DNA of 64,000 bases. It comes from Halorutilales archaeon Cl-col2-1 (lineage in GTDB: Archaea; Halobacteriota; Halobacteria; Halobacteriales; Afararchaeaceae). Shown piece by piece: positions 10,521 through 19,756 of this stretch. The notes below the pieces were generated by a model. That model ran no database searches. It was not told the DNA's origin and worked only from the letters and a program-made list of their open reading frames with translations. Within the stretch, counting starts at the first letter, position 1. Each line of letters opens with the position of its first letter. Made by a program: the position numbers and the translations under genes. The stretch lies in the NCBI GenBank assembly GCA_041891055.1, contig CP169074.1, positions 1,600,001 through 1,664,000 on the forward strand. Reading direction: 5' to 3'.

Positions 10521-11471
10521 TCACTCTTCTTCCCAGAACTCCGATCCCTTCTTTAGCTTCTCGACCCAGGTGTCCTCGTCGCGCGCGAGGAGTACGACGT
10601 TCGACCTCGGAACCTCCTTGAGTACGTCGTATCCCTCCATTCTCTCCTGAACCTCGCGCGCGAACTCCTTGACCTCGGAGTGCTCGGGCATAGCCTCCCT
10701 GTTGACCCTGTCTCGCGAGTGTCCGACGTGCATGTAGCCTTTGAGTTCGACGTAGTCGGGTGACGCCTTCTCGAAGATCTCTGCATACCCCTCAGCGTCG
10801 TCGTTGACTCCGCCTATGACCGTGGTACGTATCACAGTCCGTCCGTCCTTCTCCGAGAGTACGTCGAGTGTCTCGTGTAGCTTCTCCCACGCGTTGTCTT
10901 CGACGGGACGTACTACCTCGTCGAATGTCTCCTCGTCGGCGGCGTCGACGCTGATGTAGGTCTGTGTCGGCTCACATCTCTCTATCATCTCGGGGTTGGT
11001 GCCGTTCGAGACGAGGAAGGTCGTGATACCCCGGTCGTGGAACTCGTCGATGAGCTCAGGGAGATAGGGGTAGAGTGTAGGCTCGCCGTCGAGCGATATG
11101 GCGACGTGTCTCGGGTTCATCGCCTTCTCGAAGGTCTCGTCTGAGACGTCGCCGTTGCCCTTGTACCCCCCGAGGAGTTTCCTCTGGAGATCGATGCTCG
11201 CGTCGACGACTGCCTCGGGGTCGTCCCACTCCGCCTCGACCTCGTACGAGTGTCCCTCGTGGTCGCGCCAGCAGAAGACGCATCTCTCGTTACACGTCAC
11301 GACGGGTGTCATCTGTATACACCGGTGGGACTCGATCCCGTAGAAGGCGTGCTTGTAGCACTTACCCTCGCCCTTTATGGCGTTCTTCGTCCAGCCACAC
11401 GTCTGGCACGCCGTGTGGTTCTCCATGTGGTAGTCGGGGGTTCCGACCTGTGATGTGTCGTCTTTGCTCAT
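10521..11471 (-). CDS. taw1: 4-demethylwyosine synthase Taw1/TYW1 (radical SAM)
   Basis: CYKHAFYGIESHRCIQMTP, CNERCVFCWR, HVAISLDGEPTLYP. Confidence 0.95.
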   Translation of the reverse strand: MSKDDTSQVGTPDYHMENHTACQTCGWTKNAIKGEGKCYKHAFYGIESHRCIQMTPVVTCNERCVFCWRDHEGHSYEVEAEWDDPEAVVDASIDLQRKLLGGYKGNGDVSDETFEKAMNPRHVAISLDGEPTLYPYLPELIDEFHDRGITTFLVSNGTNPEMIERCEPTQTYISVDAADEETFDEVVRPVEDNAWEKLHETLDVLSEKDGRTVIRTTVIGGVNDDAEGYAEIFEKASPDYVELKGYMHVGHSRDRVNREAMPEHSEVKEFAREVQERMEGYDVLKEVPRSNVVLLARDEDTWVEKLKKGSEFWEEE

Positions 11472-11520
11472 GTTATTTATCGGCTATACCGGTTCGTGAC
11501 TAATTACACCGTCGCTCCTA

Positions 11521-12678
11521 CTACGTCGCGTCAGCCTCGGCTTCTGACTCCATCCCCGCGCTCACGCTCACCAGGAGACTAGACGCCGCGGCTACGAGGC
11601 TCACTCCCGATAGGTAGACGAACATCCCCTGTACACCGACGGCGTCGAAGAGAGTCCCCGCGAAGACCTGTCCGACGCTCGCTCCGAGTCCGAAGACCGA
11701 CGCCCAGAGGAGTGTCTGTCCGGTCGACTGGAGCGTCTCGGGAGACAGCCTGTCGGCGAGGTTTACCGCGGCGAGGTAGAACGACGCGAAGCTGAACCCC
11801 GAGAGAATCTGTGCGAGAAGCACGGCGGGAACTGCGTCGGTGAAGCCGTAGACTGCGTACTTCGCGGCGTAGGCGAGAGCACCTATCACGAGGAAGTACC
11901 TGTAGGCGAGACCGAACCGGAGAGCGTAGACGAAGACTCCCGCCTCTACGACGGTGGTTATCAGCCACGAGACCCCCGTTAAGAAGTCGCCCGCGCCTAT
12001 CGCTCTCATGTAGACGGAGAAGAAGCTGTTTCCCGAGAGGAGTACGACGCCTATCAGGAAAGAGGTCAGAAGGAGTGCGGCGAAGTCGGTCTTTCTCACG
12101 AGACGCAGAGCATCTGAACTTACATCCGCGAGACGGCTTCCGTCGTTCGCTGGGAGACCCTTTCCGACTACGACAAGAAGAGCCATGCCGACGAAGTAGA
12201 CGTAGAAGATCACCGACGAGCCGAGACGTGGTATGACGCCTCCGAGTATCAGACTCCCGACTCCGAACGCCACGCTTCCGTACGCCCTGACCTGTCCGTA
12301 TTCGAGACCCGAGTCGAGAACTGACGAGTCGGCTATCGGGACTATCGGCGCGCGGAAGAAGGCGTAGAAAGCCGTGCCGACGCTTATAACGACGAACGCG
12401 TTCGGCAGAGAGTCGGCGAGGGGATAGACTAGGACGAACGCCCCCGTCATAGCCGAAGCCACCATCAGAATCTCCCTTCTCGCGCCCTTCCAGTCGGCGA
12501 TTATTCCCCAGAGAGGCTGTGAAACTAAGCCGACTATCGGCGGAAGAGCACCTATTACCCCCATCTCGAACCCCGTGAGACCCGTCTCCTCTAGAAAGAC
12601 GTTCCGGAAGGTAGCAAACCCGCTAAACGAGACGAAGTAGACGAAGTAGAACATCTTGAAACGTGTCGAGTCTCTCAT
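11521..12678 (-). CDS. MFS transporter
   Basis: About 12 hydrophobic segments; QPLWGIIADW, YGQVRAYGSVAF (MFS_1-like). Confidence 0.85.
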   Translation of the reverse strand: MRDSTRFKMFYFVYFVSFSGFATFRNVFLEETGLTGFEMGVIGALPPIVGLVSQPLWGIIADWKGARREILMVASAMTGAFVLVYPLADSLPNAFVVISVGTAFYAFFRAPIVPIADSSVLDSGLEYGQVRAYGSVAFGVGSLILGGVIPRLGSSVIFYVYFVGMALLVVVGKGLPANDGSRLADVSSDALRLVRKTDFAALLLTSFLIGVVLLSGNSFFSVYMRAIGAGDFLTGVSWLITTVVEAGVFVYALRFGLAYRYFLVIGALAYAAKYAVYGFTDAVPAVLLAQILSGFSFASFYLAAVNLADRLSPETLQSTGQTLLWASVFGLGASVGQVFAGTLFDAVGVQGMFVYLSGVSLVAAASSLLVSVSAGMESEAEADAT

Positions 12679-12748
12679 GTGGGTTTTATTTATGAGGTGG
12701 CTTCTGCCACAAAAATGCTTTATGACTCCTTCTTATATACTGAGGACG

Positions 12749-13846
12749 ATGTCCTGGTACGCCTTATCCAACCTCGATGACGCCCTTGACGCCGCGGAGG
12801 AGTTCCTACTGCCGTTCGACCTCAGGAAGTGGCTCAAGCTCGCGCTCGTAGCCTTCTTCGTCGGAGGTGGAGGCGGCTTCTCGACACCCAACACGTCGAA
12901 CATACCCTCCGAAGGCACCTCGCCCGGTGTGGGAACGGGCGGCGGTCTTCCTACGGGAGAGTTCGCCGACTTAACCCCGATAATAATAGTGGTTGTCGCG
13001 CTTATACTCGGGATTGTACTCTTCTTCGGTGTCATAGGCGGAGTGATGGAGTTCGTCTTCTACGACTCGGTCGTGAGGCGAGAGGTCAGGCTCAAGGAGT
13101 ACTTCTCCGACCGTCTCGGCAAGGGTCTCCGTCTCTTCGGCTTCCGTTTCGGTCTCTCGCTGATCTTCCTGCTTCCGTTCATAGCCGTAATCGCGTCTTT
13201 CTTCTTAGTGGGAGCCGTCGGACTCGCGGGGATATTCCTCCTCATACCTTTCTTCCTCGTCGGCTCTCTCGTGACGGGAGTGATACGGATACTCCTACGT
13301 GACGCCGTCGTCCCCGTGATGATAGCCGACGACGTCGGCGTGATACAGGGATGGCGGAACATCTGGTCCACTCTCAAGTCGGAGTGGAAGCAGTACGGCG
13401 TCTACGTCGTAGCGAGATGGCTCCTCAGCCTGGGTCTCGGAATAGGGGTGGCTATAATCTTCCTACTCGCCCTCGCGGTCATACTAATACCCGTCGGGCT
13501 ACTCGTCCTGCCTGTCTTCCTCCTCGGACTCGATCTCGGGGGGATTGCCCTTGTTATACTCGTCCCCGTCGGACTACTCGCCTTCCTTGCGTCCCTCGTC
13601 GCCTACGGTCTTATACGTGTCCCCGTCGAGACCTACCTGCGTTACTACGCTCTACTCGTCTTAGGCGACGCCAACCAAGAGTACGACCTGATACCCGATA
13701 TGAGACACGAAGACGGAGAAGGAGACGGTGGTGACGACGTCGACGGAGACGGCGACAGTAACGACGGTGGCGACGCCGATAGCCAGGAGAATGAAGACGA
13801 TTACGACGAAGACACCGGTACGGGAGTGACCTCCTCCCCGTCGTAA
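12749..13846 (+). CDS. Conserved haloarchaeal multi-pass membrane protein; present C-terminus supplied by the IS end
   Basis: MSWYAL...WLKLALVAFFVGGG, PVETYLRYYALLVLG; last codons VTSSPS* lie within the IS right end. Confidence 0.85.
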   Translation: MSWYALSNLDDALDAAEEFLLPFDLRKWLKLALVAFFVGGGGGFSTPNTSNIPSEGTSPGVGTGGGLPTGEFADLTPIIIVVVALILGIVLFFGVIGGVMEFVFYDSVVRREVRLKEYFSDRLGKGLRLFGFRFGLSLIFLLPFIAVIASFFLVGAVGLAGIFLLIPFFLVGSLVTGVIRILLRDAVVPVMIADDVGVIQGWRNIWSTLKSEWKQYGVYVVARWLLSLGLGIGVAIIFLLALAVILIPVGLLVLPVFLLGLDLGGIALVILVPVGLLAFLASLVAYGLIRVPVETYLRYYALLVLGDANQEYDLIPDMRHEDGEGDGGDDVDGDGDSNDGGDADSQENEDDYDEDTGTGVTSSPS

Positions 13847-13990
13847 ACGACGGGGCTTCCCGAACCGCACCGCAGCGTTGGGATATTTGCCGGTCTACGG
13901 TCAGATCTGTTCTTGTGGGGCTACTCTCCCCGTCGATGTGTCGAACAGGCGAACCGATGGCTGGGCCAGACAGCCGTTACTCCTATCCAC
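13806..13990 (-). ncRNA. Predicted TnpB omega-RNA (sotRNA-like) overlapping the tnpB 3' end, with guide from flanking host DNA
   Basis: Inferred from established IS605 architecture; scaffold ends at TCAC (13826), guide TCCCGTACCGGTGTCTTCGT follows; 5' boundary approximate. Confidence 0.6.
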
Positions 13991-15151
13991 AGAGGGATTC
14001 GGAGTTACCGTCTTTCGCATATTCTCAGCCGCATTACAGTCACTATTCGCAACCAGTTCACACTCATCGCAGACGTACAACCCACGTTCAACACGGTTCG
14101 AATCGGCTTTCATGCCACACTCACAGCACGTTATCGACGTAGCCAGTTCGTACTCATCGACCCGCTCAACCTCAATCCCACGTTCTTCAGCTTTGTACTC
14201 GATGTGACTGAGCAGAGTTTCAAACGCCCAGTCATGGAGGCGCTTGTTGCCGTGCCTGCCCCAGTCTTCATCCTCGCGGATGCTTTTCGGATGGCCAACT
14301 GCTATCGTGCCAACATCACGGGCAGCACACTGCTCAACAATGTCTTTCGAGAGAGCGTGCAGGAAATGCTCTTGTCGCCGGGATTTCTTGCGGCGTGCCC
14401 ATTCAGCATGGTTGCTGGGGCCGTTCTCACCTTCCGTGTCGTACTCTTCCTGCCGGAAGTAGTGTGCGTCTTCTTTCAATGTGTTGCCCGGATACAACAG
14501 CGTGTGGTCACCGACAGAGACAGCCGCCGTATTGCAGATACCGAGGTCAACACCTGCCGTCTTTTCACCAGCCGAGTCCTCTGCATCAATGCTGACTTTG
14601 CAGACGAAGTGCAGTTCCCACTGCTCGCCGTTCCAGACGATGCGGATCTGCTGTACGTCTTCTACATTGGTGAGGGATACGTCCGAGCCGGTGTCATATT
14701 CGCAGAGAACAAAGTCGGCCCACCCGTCTTTCAGGTTCTTGCCTTTCGACAGTCGAACCTGCTGGTGTTTCGTATCGAGTTTGAAGCCGTCTTCTTTGAA
14801 CGTGACCGTGCTACGTGGTCGTTCATCGCCGTCTTTGCGGTAGCCCGGTGGGTTAGCGTCTGGATTGTCTTGTTCGAACCACGACTGGAAAGCGCCAGCC
14901 AATTCTTCGACGATTGCCTGACTTGACTGCGAGTTCAAATCTTTCCAGCACTGTTGGTTCTTCATGTAGGACTTGAGCGGTCCCTCGTCCGGAATTTCTC
15001 CGGTGTGATCCCAGATGCGGCCAGCGATCCACCGAGCAACGTTCCAGATTTTGCTGCCGGAACGACTGAGTGAATCGAGGTCACGCACGACACCCTCACG
15101 GTCGTTGGTGAGTGTTGCCGTAATGGTGCGTGTCGTGACCAGATTCACCAT
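13901..15151 (-). CDS. tnpB: RNA-guided endonuclease TnpB
   Basis: PPGYRK, RuvC-I AGVDLG, zinc ribbon CCECG...CDEC, RuvC-III NSDCNAAENM; start taken at MVNLVTTRT. Confidence 0.95.
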   Translation of the reverse strand: MVNLVTTRTITATLTNDREGVVRDLDSLSRSGSKIWNVARWIAGRIWDHTGEIPDEGPLKSYMKNQQCWKDLNSQSSQAIVEELAGAFQSWFEQDNPDANPPGYRKDGDERPRSTVTFKEDGFKLDTKHQQVRLSKGKNLKDGWADFVLCEYDTGSDVSLTNVEDVQQIRIVWNGEQWELHFVCKVSIDAEDSAGEKTAGVDLGICNTAAVSVGDHTLLYPGNTLKEDAHYFRQEEYDTEGENGPSNHAEWARRKKSRRQEHFLHALSKDIVEQCAARDVGTIAVGHPKSIREDEDWGRHGNKRLHDWAFETLLSHIEYKAEERGIEVERVDEYELATSITCCECGMKADSNRVERGLYVCDECELVANSDCNAAENMRKTVTPNPSVDRSNGCLAQPSVRLFDTSTGRVAPQEQI

Positions 15152-15259
15152 ACATAGACTATGACAGTAGAGTGAGTTAATGGCTGTGACTTGGCGTGGA
15201 ATATCCAGCCAGTAGAAACAGTGTCGGAATCTCACCGAAGTTGACGCGATCCACTCCCG

Positions 15260-15364
15260 TCCCGAGAACTTACGTTCTCGTGTGCACGCGAATCTTCCGA
15301 TTCGCGAACGTCCTCAGAAATCGAAGATTTCTGATGTGCGAACGAGAGCTTGCTCTCGTTAACG
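15260..15364 (+). repeat. Two tandem double-hairpin units (51 + 54 bp) inside the IS left-end stem
   Basis: CGAGAAC/GTTCTCG, CGCGAATC/GATTCGCG, TCAGAAATC/GATTTCTGA, AACGAGAG/CTCTCGTT; each unit CG|T...AACG. Confidence 0.9.
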
Positions 15365-15456
15365 CCCTGTTCGGTTCTCGGTTCCGACTAAGCGTCGGAA
15401 CGCTCGTCCCTCACGGAAAGGGCGGGATTCTCTCGCTGTGTCAAGATAGACGTCGA

Positions 15457-17304
15457 CTAGCCCACGAATCTCGGGTTGTTCGAGAGTAGCCGCGGCGTGT
15501 AGAGGCTCTTTCTCGGCATCTCTCCGATCTTCTCGTCTATCTCGTCTCTGAGTTCCTCGACGGACATCTCCGTTTCGTCGTCTCCCCTGACGCGGAACTC
15601 GATCTCTTCGCCCTCGATCTCTCTGTCTCCGACTACTGCGACGTAAGGTACCCAGTCCTGTTCGGCGGTTCTTATCCTCTTTCCGACGCTCTCGTCCCTG
15701 TCGTCTATGTCGACACGTACCCCGTCGAGTTCGTCGGCGAGGCTCTCACAGTACTCGGTGTGTTCCTCGCCCACGGGTATGAAACGCACCTGTGTCGGCG
15801 AGAGCCAGACGGGCATACGTGGGGTTTCGAGTCCGTCGGCGTTTTCGAGTATGGCACCGAAGGCGCGTTCGACGCTTCCCGTAGGACTGTAATGGAGGAG
15901 TATCGGCTCTTTCTCCTCGTTCTCGTCGTAGTACTCTATGTCGAACCTGTCGGCGGACTCGACGTCGATCTGTACCGTCGGGTTCTCCATCGGACGTCCG
16001 AGAGAGTCTATCGCCGCGAGGTCTATCTTGACACTCCAGTAATGTTTCCTCTCGGGTATTATCTCGACTAAGACGGGCTCTCCTATCTCGTCTACGAGTC
16101 CCTCCACCCAGTCGCGGTGTTCGTCGTAGTACTCCCTCGTCGCCCTCAGGACGCCGACGTAGTCGAGACCCAGGTCGTCGCCAGTCTCGAAGCCGAGGAG
16201 AGCCTGTTTCGCGAACTCGTCCTGTGCCTCCTCGATGTCGCCACACGCCGTGTGCATGTCGGGCATCGTGAACGCACGGAGACGTTTGAGTCCCGTGAGT
16301 TCGCCTCTCTGTTCACGTCTGAACGAGTAGGTCGACATCTCGTATATACGGAGAGGCAGGTCGTTCGAGGTGATATGCATGTCCCTCATTATCGAGAACT
16401 GACCGAAGCACGCCGCGAACCTCAGCATCATCTTTCTACTCCCCGACTCGAACCTGTACTGACGCTCGCCGAACTTCTCGGAGTGTTCGCTTATACAGTC
16501 GGAGCCGAGGTCGTACATGATCGGCGTCTCGACGGGCATTCCGCCGTAGTCGACGACGAGGTCGTTGACGTACTCTATCAGCGAGTCACGGACACATTTG
16601 CCCTTCGGGTACCATCTCAGGTTTCCGGGGTCGCTGAGTTCGTCGTAGTCGACGTACTCCTTCTGTTTCATAGTCTCGACGTGGGGTGGCTCCTCTCCGG
16701 CTCCCGCCTCGATCCCCTCGACCTCGTCCTCTATGAGGCTCACCATCTCGTCGGACGCTTCTGACATCGACTTGAACCCGACGGGGTCGTGTTCTTCGCC
16801 CTCGGGAGTCAGTACGACGAAGTCGCTCTCCTCTTCTTCTTCCTCTTCGTTGTCTTCGGCTTCGGGCTCGGGCTCTATCTCTGTGGGCTCTATCTCACGT
16901 GAGAGCTCCGACATCGGATGTCCCTTACACGATATCTCGAACGCCTTGTACCAGCCGAAGGGCGCTCTCTTGACCTCGTAGCCTACATCGACGAGACGTT
17001 CCTCGATACGTCTGAGAACGTCGACGGCTGTATCGGGATCACCGAGGTCGCTCGAAAGGTGCGCGTAGGGATAGACCATCACGTTCTCGACTTCGAGCTC
17101 GTCGGCTACGTCACGTATCTCGTCCTCCGCCTGTTCTATCACGCTGTCTATGTCCTCGGAGTCGCCCGACTCGACGGCTATGAACGCCGTGAGAGCCTCG
17201 TCGAGACGTCCCTCGGGCTCTATCTCGGACTCGTCCTCGGCGACAGGAGTCTCCTGTTTCGCCTCGTACTTGATGTAGTCCGAATGTATCAGCAGTAGCT
17301 TCAT
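15457..17304 (-). CDS. thrS: Threonine--tRNA ligase (archaeal type with N-terminal editing domain)
   Basis: YPYAHLSS, APFGWYKAF, LRFAACFGQF, GLKRLRAFTMPDMH. Confidence 0.97.
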   Translation of the reverse strand: MKLLLIHSDYIKYEAKQETPVAEDESEIEPEGRLDEALTAFIAVESGDSEDIDSVIEQAEDEIRDVADELEVENVMVYPYAHLSSDLGDPDTAVDVLRRIEERLVDVGYEVKRAPFGWYKAFEISCKGHPMSELSREIEPTEIEPEPEAEDNEEEEEEESDFVVLTPEGEEHDPVGFKSMSEASDEMVSLIEDEVEGIEAGAGEEPPHVETMKQKEYVDYDELSDPGNLRWYPKGKCVRDSLIEYVNDLVVDYGGMPVETPIMYDLGSDCISEHSEKFGERQYRFESGSRKMMLRFAACFGQFSIMRDMHITSNDLPLRIYEMSTYSFRREQRGELTGLKRLRAFTMPDMHTACGDIEEAQDEFAKQALLGFETGDDLGLDYVGVLRATREYYDEHRDWVEGLVDEIGEPVLVEIIPERKHYWSVKIDLAAIDSLGRPMENPTVQIDVESADRFDIEYYDENEEKEPILLHYSPTGSVERAFGAILENADGLETPRMPVWLSPTQVRFIPVGEEHTEYCESLADELDGVRVDIDDRDESVGKRIRTAEQDWVPYVAVVGDREIEGEEIEFRVRGDDETEMSVEELRDEIDEKIGEMPRKSLYTPRLLSNNPRFVG

Positions 17305-17358
17305 AACTCAAGGTTCGACGGACGAGTTAAGTAGCTTCCGTATCCGTCTACTTGTTCC

Positions 17359-18384
17359 TCACCCGGTCTCCTCCTCTAAGACGTCGAGTATCTCGCCGGG
17401 ACCGTGTCTCACGACGTCCGATGCAGGCGCAGTTTCGCTTGCCTCCTCTATGGCGCGTTCGGCTTCCTCCTCTCCCAGACCCGACGTGTTGAGAGAGACT
17501 GCGTCGACGGTTCCCGTAAGGGCTACCTTCTCGTAGGTCTCGGCGACCTCCCCGAGACCGGCTATCTCGAAGTTCTCGTATCCCTTCACTCTCTGTCTCC
17601 CCGCCTCGTGGCACAGTACGAGAGAGTCGGGCATCGAGCCGTGTAGTATCGACGCCGTCACTCCCGAGTAGGCGGGATGAAGTATGCTTCCCTGACCCTC
17701 GACGAAGACGAAGTCCGAGTTGCCCCTCTCGACGACAGTCTCCTCGACGGCTCCCGCCGCGAAGTCGCTCACTACGCGGTCGATGGGATGTCCGCCGCCC
17801 TCTATCATGATCCCCGTCTGTCCCGTAGGTGCGAACTCGGCTTCGTATCCCCTCTCGCGCGCCTCCCCGACTAACTCGACCGCGGTCGTCATCTTTCCCG
17901 TCGAACAGTCTGTTCCGACGGTGAGGACTACGTGAGCCTCGACCTCTCCCGCGACGCCCTCGGCGACAGCCTCGAACTCCGTCTTCCTGACGTCTTCTAT
18001 CTCGGCGTCGTTCTCGTCGGCGAGACGCGAGAACTCGTCGTCCTCACTCAGGAAGTAATGGAGACCAGAGACGACGTCGACTCCGTTTTCGAGTGCGCCA
18101 CGTACGTCGGGTCGCCACGTCTCGTCGAAGCCGCCGCCTATGGGTGCTATGCCTATGTAGAGAGCGTCGATCCCGTGGTCTTCGAGGACGTCTTGGGTCG
18201 ACCCGTAGATATCGACACCCAGACGTGTCTCACCCGACTTCTCGCGGTCGAGGACAGCCACCACCTCGGAGTCGGAGTAACGTATCAGACCGACGGCTGT
18301 CTTCGCGCCGTCTGGGAATCCGCCGTGGGCGAGCACGGCTATTCTCTCGTTTCGGCTTCCGTCTGTGTCTCCGTTATCCCTCAT
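17359..18384 (-). CDS. DUF1611-family P-loop protein (DgcN-like)
   Basis: AKTAVGLIRY, TVGTDCSTGKMTT, PTGQTGIMI, VEGQGSILHPAYSGV. Confidence 0.88.
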   Translation of the reverse strand: MRDNGDTDGSRNERIAVLAHGGFPDGAKTAVGLIRYSDSEVVAVLDREKSGETRLGVDIYGSTQDVLEDHGIDALYIGIAPIGGGFDETWRPDVRGALENGVDVVSGLHYFLSEDDEFSRLADENDAEIEDVRKTEFEAVAEGVAGEVEAHVVLTVGTDCSTGKMTTAVELVGEARERGYEAEFAPTGQTGIMIEGGGHPIDRVVSDFAAGAVEETVVERGNSDFVFVEGQGSILHPAYSGVTASILHGSMPDSLVLCHEAGRQRVKGYENFEIAGLGEVAETYEKVALTGTVDAVSLNTSGLGEEEAERAIEEASETAPASDVVRHGPGEILDVLEEETG

Positions 18385-18676
18385 CGTTGTTGGTGTCTCT
18401 CGCTTTCTCCGATGCCCTTTCATCTTCCTCCCCCTCTTCCTCTCTGAATCTCCTCAGAGCTTCGTTCCACGACTCGGACTCGACGAGTTCGGACTCATGT
18501 TCTGTCTTGATGCCTACGTATCCGCATCTCTCACAGACGTACGACTGTCTTCCGTCGGCGTCCTCAGAAATCTTTGATTTCTCGTGTCTCGGAATCTCTG
18601 ATTCTTTCGTAACGTCGAGGACGTACTCGACGAGGTCGCCTCCGCACCTAGGACAGTTCCTCTCGGTATCTGACAT
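18374..18676 (-). CDS. Small CPxCG zinc-finger protein with an 18-aa palindrome-derived insertion
   Basis: CPRCGG...CERCGY; ESWNEALRRF tail. Confidence 0.8.
   Translation of the reverse strand: MSDTERNCPRCGGDLVEYVLDVTKESEIPRHEKSKISEDADGRQSYVCERCGYVGIKTEHESELVESESWNEALRRFREEEGEEDERASEKARDTNNDEG
18561..18614 (+). repeat. 54-bp double-hairpin unit, in frame
   Basis: CG|TCCTCAGAAATCTTTGATTTCT...GGAATCTCTGATTC...TAACG. Confidence 0.85.
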
Positions 18677-18678
18677 CT

Positions 18679-19656
18679 CTATCTCGGGCTGAACCTTACC
18701 TGCCTCGCGTTCTTCTCCGATCCCTCGACTGTGGTCTCGTCGTCTACCTCACAGACCTCGCCGACCGCCTCCGCGAGTCTGTCCACGTACTCCTCGGCTC
18801 TCTCGTCCCCTCCGAACCCGACTATCTCGCCGTCGGGGAAGACGAGTATCACAGTCTCTCCCGCCTCGACGCGGAGTTCGGGGGTTTCCTCGGGGTCGTA
18901 CTCCGCTTCGACGGGGACGTCCTCGTTGGGCTCGTGCACCGAGAAGAAGACGAGTTCGAGGTCGAGCAAGTCTCCCGTTAGATTGAGCTTGCGCTCGTAT
19001 ATCTCTACTCCGTCGAGCTCCGTCTCGGTCTTTCTCTCTGCCTCTGCTTCGGTATCTTCTGAAAACGGTGGTGACGAAGACGTAGCAACCCAGAACTCGC
19101 CCTCGGGGGTCTCGACGGGTGTCCGTGTGAGGTTGTCGACGCCGTCCGACGACATCGGGTTGTCGTTGTATCCGAGTCTCCAGTCCCACTGCTCGTAGGG
19201 AAGCCTGTCGACGTCCTTCTCCGACTTCTCGACGACAGCGTACGCCGTGTCGCCGTCGACCTCCCAGCCACCCTCGACGGCGTACCCTCTCTGCCTGAGG
19301 TACTCGTTGAGCCCCAGGACGCCGTCGTAACGTGGCTTCCAAGCCATTCCGTTCTCCTCAAATCCTCTCACCACGGCGTCGAAAGCCTCCGCCTCTGACG
19401 AAGACTCCGACGAGTAGACAGATCCCTCTACTGACGCCTCGACCGTGTAGACGTCGCCGTTGACAGTTACGTCCACATCGACGTCGGCACCCGCCCTCGA
19501 CGTCTCGGCTCCGACAGCTTCGACGAACTCGACGAACCCGACATCGGCACCCAGTAGCTCCTCGGCGTCTTCGAGGAGGTCGTCTATGCCGTACCTGAAC
19601 CCTGTCACGAAGACACGCCGTTTTTCGCCGCCTACGTCTATCTCTTTGAGAGTCAC
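18679..19656 (-). CDS. Hypothetical acidic protein with a C-terminal TBP-like repeat
   Basis: Long ORF with host-like codon usage, GTG start; AEYDPEETPELRV...ILVFPDGEIVGFG resembles TBP EYEPEQFPGL...LLFGSGKLVITG. Confidence 0.65.
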   Translation of the reverse strand: MTLKEIDVGGEKRRVFVTGFRYGIDDLLEDAEELLGADVGFVEFVEAVGAETSRAGADVDVDVTVNGDVYTVEASVEGSVYSSESSSEAEAFDAVVRGFEENGMAWKPRYDGVLGLNEYLRQRGYAVEGGWEVDGDTAYAVVEKSEKDVDRLPYEQWDWRLGYNDNPMSSDGVDNLTRTPVETPEGEFWVATSSSPPFSEDTEAEAERKTETELDGVEIYERKLNLTGDLLDLELVFFSVHEPNEDVPVEAEYDPEETPELRVEAGETVILVFPDGEIVGFGGDERAEEYVDRLAEAVGEVCEVDDETTVEGSEKNARQVRFSPR

Positions 19657-19756
19657 TGGCGGAGATACGTCTTTGTCAGATAAAAATCTGAAGGTTGGGT
19701 GTCTCCGTGGAAAAGAGAGATACCGACTGAGATGAGTTAGATCCGGATACCCATCC

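Larger units (their letters stand above)
13826..15445 (-). mobile_element. IS200/IS605-family element, IS1341 type (tnpB only, no tnpA)
   Basis: Right-end hairpin CCCCGTCG-TAAA-CGACGGGG ending ...GAGGTCAC; left-end hairpin CCCGCCCT...AGGGCGGG; no target duplication; codon usage differs from flanks. Confidence 0.9.

Noticed and set aside
13913-14926. 337-aa plus-strand ORF
   Set aside because: Antisense shadow of tnpB with no motifs.
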